Positions 60,358 through 64,000 of a stretch of 64,000 nt of DNA are shown here, piece after piece; position 1 is the first letter of the stretch, and every line of letters begins with the position of its first letter. The translations under genes and the position numbers were made by a program. Where the stretch lies: the NCBI GenBank assembly GCA_964016885.1, contig OZ024750.1:868001-932000 (forward strand), written 5' to 3'. The stretch is from Eledone cirrhosa. Lineage: Eukaryota. Under the pieces are notes generated by a model that was given only the letters and a program-made list of their open reading frames with translations, was not told the origin of the DNA and ran no database searches.

Positions 60358-61940
60358 TAGATAGATAGAGAGAGAGAGATTCCACACAGTGACCAAAGAA
60401 ACCTATTACAGAAAGATTAGAGAGTGGGATTAGATATCCATTCCATTCTCCAATCTTTCACATTTCGCCTCCTTCACCAATGGACATTTCACTCGAAATG
60501 TTAGTAATTATCTATTTCCAAGCTAGTATTTTGATTTCCTTGTTTGTTTTTGGTTCTTTTTTCTTTCTTTCTGATATTGAGATCTTGACATATATATAAC
60601 CCCAGTTGTATTGTAGCTCCTTAAAGCTCATTTTACCGTATTTTACAATACTGTAAACAAACTATAACAAACAAACTATAACTCTCTTCTTGTATCTATA
60701 GCTGTATCAGATAAAAATATTACTTTCATATCTTCTTTTTCTCCTGCTTAGTTTCATAAACAAATGTTTTTAGACTTTTCTTTATATAAAGACAACGAAA
60801 ATAAAAACGACTCCTCCCCATCCCCCAAACAAACCCTAGGGAAAAACAGACAGAAATAATCTACTTACGTTTTCCCAAAAAGTAACGAAAATACCAACGA
60901 GTCTGGGATTCTGGATTCTCAAGATGGATAGGACTATTCAAGGGGCTGGGAATTTGAAGATGGTTCTAAAAACAACAAAAAACATCAATTTCAGTTAGTT
61001 TAAATAATAAAATTCTTGGTGTTTATTACTAAATACAAACAGCTACGAGGGTGGGCTGAAAAGTTCTTAGGCTGACTATCAAGGAAGGATGATAAAGCTG
61101 TGAAATCTTGCATGTATTAATTTCAACTCTTATTATTAATAACTGCATTAGGGTGGTGGATTGGCAGTATCGGTAGAGTCAGACACGTTCTGAGTTCAAA
61201 TCCCGCCGAGGTTAGCTTTGCCTTTCAACCTTAAGGATCGATAAATAAAGTACCAGTAATACACTGGGGTTGATTTAATCGATTTTCCCTTCACCCAAAA
61301 TTGCTGGCCTTGTGCCTATAGTAGAAACAATTATTAATAATTGCATTGTTTCTTTCCAGGGACTATATTAAAAAATAAACCCCATTTGGTTATTCCATGA
61401 GAGTATCTTGGTCAGCCTATCAACTTTTCATAGGCTGACTATGAAGAAATGATGATATAACTGTGAAATCTTGCAGGCATTAATTTCAACTCTTCTTATT
61501 AATAACTGCATTGTTTCTTTCCAGAGACTGTCGAAAAATAAACCCCATTTGCTGATTCCATGAGAGTATCTTGGTCAAACTATGAACTTTCCAGCCGACC
61601 CTCGTATATTGAGAGGGTTGTTATTGTAGAACAATGAATAAATTGGATTATTTAAACATAAAGCAGATGGGTTATGACTTCATCATTCAGCGTTAAATTG
61701 TAAATAATGTTTATATTTTTTCTTTCAGTTTTGTTCAACAAACACGTAGACTCTATCAAGCATAGCACAGCATGTATAAATGAGAGTGGATATTAAGTGA
61801 AGCAGTGAAACTATATAATTCTCCAGGCAGTATATGTCTAGTTTTATGATTATATGCTTTTGTTAACTTTAAAACCTAAACATTCTCCACAGAAACATTC
61901 TCATTATTATCATCATCTGCATCATCATCATCATCATCTG

Positions 61941-61973
<33 letters not shown>

Positions 61974-63053
61974 AACCATTGTTTTAACATTTGTTTTTCT
62001 ATGCTAGCATGGGTTGGATGAGACTTCCAGAGGCAGCATTTGACGGTTAATCTCCTTGACTATGGTACTTATTCTAATGATATCATCTATCGAACTGCTA
62101 AGATTTAAAAAAAAGTAGTGTCCCCAACCCACTGCAGCCTTTGGCCCACAGATGCACTTTTGTTTTCCTGTCATTTCTACCACTACTACAACGACCTCTG
62201 CTCCTCCAAGTTGTCTGGTTTTGTATCACTTCCATACAACCACTCATGACTCATTCATTTCTCCTCATCTCATCACCCGTCTTATGTCCAATTCCTTTCC
62301 ACCTCAAACTCTGCACTAATCATTACAATCAGTCCTTCATTTCAAGAAGTTGACTCTCTGGAATCTCCTCACTACCCATGTTTTTGTTTTTCCGTAGCTA
62401 TCGATCTTCAAAAGAAACATCAACTGGATCAATATCACCAGCCACAGAAAACCTACAACTAGTCCCTGCCCCGATATCACAAATATTACCTACCCCAAGG
62501 TCAATCCAATGAAATAAATATATAAAAAGACAATGTCTCTCCACCAAATCAGCCCTCATCTACACATGTTCAAATCGAAGATAATAATGGGGCACAATTG
62601 AGAAGAGTTAGGATTAATTGGATAATTAATTCATATTCAAAGTTATTAAATTAATTAATTCATAAAAAAAATCTGATACATTTATATCGATCTTTCAATT
62701 AGTCTAATGGGAATATAAAAACCAATTCTCAAACATGTCCACTGGCAGGAGTGAGCCCCATGGAATGGGTATTTTAATACGTCTCCCTCGCCATTCTCCA
62801 CTCTGTCCTCTGGACCTACAGGTTGACTTGCATCTAACTTCTTCATTTCTAATATGATCATGGTACAAAATTCTCAGGATTTTGAATTTTTCAAATATCT
62901 TCAGGGAAAGACATCCGCCTTTTTTGATGATCTTTAGTTTTCTTCCACATAATATTTACCTAGAAAAATATGTCGTTTACTCTTACAGTTTTTACCTGGT
63001 TTCAGGTACGAGACTAAGGCCAAGCGGACGTTAAAACGACGATGATCTATATA

Positions 63054-63124
<71 letters not shown>

Positions 63125-63240
63125 GTAGAACACTGGAAGGTAATATCCGTAGTGGTAGAGCACTCAGTCCATGGGACGAGTTAGGTAGAAGTGGTAACAC
63201 AACAGTTAGTTCACCATGGTGAACTAACTGTTGCGTTACC

Positions 63241-63307
<67 letters not shown>

Positions 63308-63865
63308 TAATGAAATAACAGGAGGCTGGATTTGTGTAAATCCTTGAAAGGTTTATTACACTATGATCATTTCAATGACCGGGTTCCGTATGAATCCGGT
63401 GATATCATCAGGTATTCGAAATATAATACGTGAATGTAATAGATAAAATCCATGGGGCTGAAAATCGAGGACCCGAGGGCAACCTCTATCTTGCACCCTC
63501 TATCTTAGCCGGTCGCCCTCGAGCTAAGATAGAGGGTGCAAGATAGCGGCCGCCCTCGGGTCCTCGATTTTCAGCCCCATGGATTTTATCTATTACTTTC
63601 ACGTATTATATTTCGAATACCTGATGATATCATCGGATTCATACGGAACCCGGTCATTGAAATGATCATAGTATAATAAACCTTTCAAGGATTTACACAA
63701 ATCCAGCCTCCTGTCATTTCATTATAATATTTAACTCTGTAATAGCACCACCAACTACAAAAACAAAGACGGTTGAACTGCCTTACATTGAGTACTCTCT
63801 ATATTATTACATTACGATTGACCATACGGAATAGACCAGCTCTATACAGTGGTGAACCTCAAACC

Positions 63866-63906
<41 letters not shown>

Positions 63907-64000
63907 CCCTAAGACTATATTCATTAGTTTATCATTGAACTGTCTCTTACCTCATCTGTGTCTCTTTCGCCAGTTTCTACGCGGAATCGACCGACGCTCT
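5048..64000 (-). CDS. GARNL3: GTPase-activating Rap/Ran-GAP domain-like protein 3 orthologue (Rap-GAP + CNH); 27 exons in window, 5' end lies beyond the window
   Basis: Hand-spliced GT-AG exons join in frame with consistent phases. They give [84 protein letters not shown] and NGNLVHT, in the order recalled for vertebrate GARNL3. Confidence 0.95.
5261..5486. mobile_element. piggyBac-like MITE (copies also at 11306-11470, 13865-14086, 17202-17428, 36596-36823)
   Basis: TTAA flanks and CCCTTTAGCATTTA..TAAATGCTAAAGGG consensus terminal inverted repeats. Confidence 0.8.
6143..6207 (-). ncRNA. Type I hammerhead ribozyme motif (left arm of palindrome)
   Basis: Reverse-complement copy of 6295-6359 with intact CUGAUGA/GAAA/UA. 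Confidence 0.75.
6295..6359 (+). ncRNA. Type I hammerhead ribozyme motif (right arm of palindrome)
   Basis: UAUUUUGU-CUGAUGA-[AGGCAUACCA..UGGUAUCCCU]-GAAA-U-AUGU-A-UA^AUGAAAUA, AATAAA. Confidence 0.78.
6951..7596. repeat. 40-bp minisatellite, about 16 copies
   Basis: Unit atagagattatgttcgttgctatgtaattaagcatctaat. Confidence 0.97.
7705..7953. repeat. 36-bp minisatellite, about 7 copies
   Basis: Unit caccaccaggtattagatatatgaaggataaaccat. Confidence 0.95.
13224..13337 (-). CDS. GARNL3: Candidate alternative last exon: [37 protein letters not shown]
   Basis: Pyrimidine tract plus AAG acceptor, phase 0, 37 open codons to TAA, AATAAA about 60 nt downstream (13161-13156). Confidence 0.45.
   Translation of the reverse strand, partial: VQSESIWKITPTFLVEVESQVPPSSPSDVGNSPVFKN
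18998..19209 (-). CDS. GARNL3: GARNL3 exon: (S/A)[24 protein letters not shown]...TALTVEK
   Basis: TTTAG acceptor phase 1; NIYKIPL motif; donor AG/GTTTGT phase 0 (less certain). Confidence 0.82.
20506..20568 (-). CDS. GARNL3: GARNL3 candidate cassette exon: [21 protein letters not shown]
   Basis: T-rich tract plus AAG acceptor, GTAAGT donor, 63 nt symmetric phase 1-1, open in frame; no recognisable conservation. Confidence 0.65.
20921..21011 (-). CDS. GARNL3: GARNL3 exon: [30 protein letters not shown]
   Basis: TTCAG/GTAAAA, 91 nt, phase 0-1; SDIYF motif. Confidence 0.9.
21243..21473. repeat. 29-bp minisatellite, about 8 copies
   Basis: Unit ccatgtacaccacatgtctataccaaca[t/g]. Confidence 0.95.
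21506..21624 (-). CDS. GARNL3: GARNL3 exon: [40 protein letters not shown]
   Basis: CCAG/GTAAGT, 119 nt, phase 1-0. Confidence 0.95.
22558..22745 (-). mobile_element. tRNA-derived SINE with Nin/Deu-like core (representative copy; others at ~16800, 17710, 19835, 25582, 27260, 29826, 32900, 34780, 59370, 59780, 61150)
   Basis: A/B-box-like TGGCAGTATCGG..GAGTTCAAATCC; core CTTTCATCCTTACGGGGTCGATAAAATAAAGTACCAG; TSDs visible at 25568/25683 and 59764/59884. Confidence 0.85.
22746..24502 (-). mobile_element. 3' fragment of a CR1/L2-like LINE containing a 61-bp minisatellite
   Basis: Minus translation [45 protein letters not shown], then a UTR and (TTA)n tail. Confidence 0.75.
22931..24458. repeat. 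61-bp minisatellite, about 25 near-identical copies
   Basis: Unit catggaggttttaaaggatgcagtgtctcgacagctaacaactgatgcaggtagtttgttt. Confidence 0.97.
24833..24913 (-). CDS. GARNL3: GARNL3 exon: [27 protein letters not shown]
   Basis: TCAG/GTAAG, 81 nt, phase 1-1. Confidence 0.88.
25824..25890 (-). CDS. GARNL3: GARNL3 exon: [22 protein letters not shown]
   Basis: CTAG/GTAAGT, 67 nt, phase 0-1. Confidence 0.93.
26419..26568 (-). CDS. GARNL3: GARNL3 exon: [50 protein letters not shown]
   Basis: TTTAG/GTAAGT, 150 nt, phase 0-0. Confidence 0.93.
26783..26930 (+). mobile_element. R4/Dong-like (RLE clade) LINE fragment
   Basis: Plus translation [48 protein letters not shown] (zinc-knuckle tail plus RHD motif). 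Confidence 0.7.
26934..27097 (-). CDS. GARNL3: GARNL3 exon: [55 protein letters not shown]
   Basis: CCAG/GTAATA, 164 nt, phase 1-0; GCHLYAI motif. Confidence 0.92.
27910..28023 (-). CDS. GARNL3: GARNL3 exon: [38 protein letters not shown]
   Basis: TTTAG/GTAAAT, 114 nt, phase 1-1. Confidence 0.92.
28100..28356. repeat. (CAC)n-CTGCTGCCATACAT compound repeat
   Basis: Direct reading. Confidence 0.9.
28766..29420. repeat. (AC)n-TGACAT compound minisatellite
   Basis: Direct reading. Confidence 0.93.
29605..29703 (-). CDS. GARNL3: GARNL3 exon: [33 protein letters not shown]
   Basis: CCAG/GTTAGT, 99 nt, phase 1-1. Confidence 0.92.
29729..30113. mobile_element. Tc1-like MITE with nested SINE (relative at ~58930-59158)
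   Basis: CAGGGTGTTCCAAAAA..TTTTTGGGGACACGCTG termini. Confidence 0.7.
31101..31148 (-). CDS. GARNL3: GARNL3 exon: [16 protein letters not shown]
   Basis: TTCAG/GTATGT, 48 nt, phase 1-1. Confidence 0.88.
31358..31421 (-). CDS. GARNL3: GARNL3 exon (CNH start): [21 protein letters not shown]
   Basis: ACAG/GTAAGT, 64 nt, phase 0-1. Confidence 0.92.
31704..31778 (-). CDS. GARNL3: GARNL3 exon: [25 protein letters not shown]
   Basis: TTCAG/GTTAGT, 75 nt, phase 0-0. Confidence 0.92.
32516..32620 (-). CDS. GARNL3: GARNL3 exon: [35 protein letters not shown]
   Basis: TTCAG/GTGAG, 105 nt, phase 0-0. Confidence 0.93.
33738..33853 (-). CDS. GARNL3: GARNL3 exon: [39 protein letters not shown]
   Basis: CTAG/GTTAGT, 116 nt, phase 1-0. 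Confidence 0.95.
33851..34675. repeat. 36-bp minisatellite, about 23 copies, containing the GARNL3 3' splice site
   Basis: Unit ttactagaatgtaacataaaatattatattagaata; the first unit overlaps the exon boundary at 33853. Confidence 0.97.
35584..35690 (-). CDS. GARNL3: GARNL3 exon: [36 protein letters not shown]
   Basis: GTAG/GTAAGT, 107 nt, phase 2-1. Confidence 0.95.
36307..36352 (-). CDS. GARNL3: GARNL3 exon: [15 protein letters not shown]
   Basis: TCAG/GTAAGT, 46 nt, phase 1-2. Confidence 0.9.
36353..36853 (-). other. U12-type (minor spliceosome) GT-AG intron
   Basis: 5' splice site GTATCCTTTT; branch site TTCCTCAAC (36373-36365) 12 nt before the intron end; no long polypyrimidine tract. 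Confidence 0.88.
36854..36965 (-). CDS. GARNL3: GARNL3 exon with the Rap-GAP Asn-thumb motif: [37 protein letters not shown]
   Basis: ACAG acceptor; U12-type donor GTATCCTTT; 112 nt, phase 0-1; KRHIGND motif. Confidence 0.95.
37123..37196 (-). ncRNA. Type I hammerhead ribozyme motif (solitary, intact core)
   Basis: GCUGU-CUGAUGA-[stem II GACACU/AGUGUC, CACAC/GUGUG]-GAAA-U-AUAU-A-UC^ACAGC. Confidence 0.85.
38760..38848 (+). ncRNA. Hammerhead-like motif with a 1-nt core insertion (CUGAAAGA) in a palindrome arm
   Basis: GUGU-CUGAAAGA-long stem II-GAAAC-AUUU-GUA^ACAC, AATAAA. Confidence 0.55.
39991..40094 (-). CDS. GARNL3: GARNL3 exon (Rap-GAP): [35 protein letters not shown]
   Basis: CCAG/GTATGT, 104 nt, phase 1-0. 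Confidence 0.95.
41511..41850 (+). mobile_element. tRNA-derived SINE with RTE-type 3' tail ending in (GAT)n; inverted partial copy at 39611-39878
   Basis: tggcttaatggttagagc..gagttcaattc head; tail cttgcaagcagggaaaaagcggacgtaaaatga resembles the LINE 3' end at ~47050. Confidence 0.82.
42938..43036 (-). CDS. GARNL3: GARNL3 exon (Rap-GAP): [33 protein letters not shown]
   Basis: AG/GTAAGT, 99 nt, phase 1-1. Confidence 0.95.
45419..45494 (-). CDS. GARNL3: GARNL3 exon (Rap-GAP): [25 protein letters not shown]
   Basis: TTCAG/GTAAGT, 76 nt, phase 0-1. Confidence 0.95.
46360..46835. repeat. 10-bp satellite (tctatttgat / tctataagat)
   Basis: Direct reading. Confidence 0.95.
47028..49890 (-). mobile_element. 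5'-truncated, degenerate RTE-clade LINE (partial APE, RT, Cys-rich insert, 3' UTR with (GAT)n tail)
   Basis: ORFs 48169-49362 ([29 protein letters not shown]) and 47371-47862 ([23 protein letters not shown]); QIDYIL APE motif near 49790; stops and frameshifts; TSD-like tatcttctat[t/c]ataatagtaata at ~46987 and ~49891. Confidence 0.93.
50366..50456 (-). CDS. GARNL3: GARNL3 exon: [31 protein letters not shown]
   Basis: CCAG/GTAAGT, 91 nt, phase 2-0. Confidence 0.93.
52625..53512. repeat. TATATACTACAG-type degenerate satellite
   Basis: Direct reading. Confidence 0.9.
53648..53712 (-). CDS. GARNL3: GARNL3 exon: [21 protein letters not shown]
   Basis: AG/GTGAGT, 65 nt, phase 0-2. Confidence 0.9.
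54232..54498. repeat. 51-bp tandem repeat, about 5 copies, derived from an RTE LINE coding fragment
   Basis: Minus translation [14 protein letters not shown]; adjacent KKLDGTY and LYGNLPKIT remnants. Confidence 0.8.
55346..55975 (+). mobile_element. Two adjacent tRNA-derived SINEs; the first has a V-domain-like ccctgcgatggactggtgtcctgtccaggg segment
   Basis: gtggcctagtggt..gggttcgattcct and tggttagagc..gagttcgattct heads. Confidence 0.75.
57715..57755 (+). ncRNA. Minimal hammerhead variant (UUGAAGA core); mirror copy on the minus strand at 57660-57700
   Basis: CCGAG-UUGAAGA-short stem II-GAAAC-AAUU-GUU^CUCGG. Confidence 0.68.
58062..58168 (-). ncRNA. Type I hammerhead motif with long stem II
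   Basis: UCUUU-CUGAAGA-[AGCGCAGUG..UGUUGUACU]-GAAAC-AUGU-GUU^AAAGA. Confidence 0.68.
58828..58863 (-). ncRNA. Minimal hammerhead motif (dimer-type stem III)
   Basis: UCUU-CUGAUGA-AGGAC-UAGU-GUCU-GAAAC-GUA^AAGA. Confidence 0.72.
59969..60087 (-). CDS. GARNL3: GARNL3 exon: [40 protein letters not shown]
   Basis: AG/GTAAGT, 119 nt, phase 1-0. Confidence 0.93.
60869..60965 (-). CDS. GARNL3: GARNL3 exon: [32 protein letters not shown]
   Basis: TTTAG acceptor, GTAAGT donor, 97 nt, phase 0-1. Confidence 0.93.
61045..61606. mobile_element. Mariner-like MITE with nested SINE and partial duplication (relatives at ~8010, 21692, 45615, 57112)
   Basis: TA-CGAGGGTGGGCTGAAAAGTTC..GAACTTTCCAGCCGACCCTCG-TA. 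Confidence 0.78.
63358..63415 (-). ncRNA. Type I hammerhead ribozyme motif (left arm of palindrome)
   Basis: AUAC-CUGAUGA-[ACCGG..CCGGU]-GAAA-U-GAUC-A-UA^GUGU, then AATAAA. Confidence 0.8.
63617..63674 (+). ncRNA. Type I hammerhead ribozyme motif (right arm of palindrome)
   Basis: AUAC-CUGAUGA-[AUCGG..CCGGU]-GAAA-U-GAUC-A-UA^GUAU, then AATAAA. Confidence 0.8.
63951..64000 (-). CDS. GARNL3: GARNL3 exon (partial): [16 protein letters not shown]
   Basis: GRFRVE motif; donor GTAAGA, phase 0. Confidence 0.85.

Noticed and set aside
62141-62440. 70-aa ORF ending [13 protein letters not shown]
   Set aside because: It resembles a decayed LINE C-terminus (SF..R..LWN), not a host gene.

Overview
AT-rich, microsatellite-dense animal genomic DNA; the SINE and LINE content suggests an octopus/cephalopod (inference). 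One large multi-exon gene occupies the minus strand: a GARNL3 orthologue (Rap-GAP plus CNH domain). I reconstructed 27 GT-AG exons by hand with consistent phases, from the window's right edge to a stop at 5048, plus a candidate alternative last exon. One intron carries clear U12 (minor spliceosome) signals. The introns hold a truncated RTE LINE, many SINEs, piggyBac- and mariner-like MITEs, and several young minisatellites; one array is an amplified 3' splice site. The most striking pattern is a dispersed set of about ten type I hammerhead-ribozyme motifs from several apparently unrelated families. Many sit as back-to-back pairs in long fold-back palindromes next to (TA)n tracts and are followed by AATAAA, resembling Penelope-like-element or retrozyme termini. 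Almost all ORFs in the supplied track are microsatellite artefacts.
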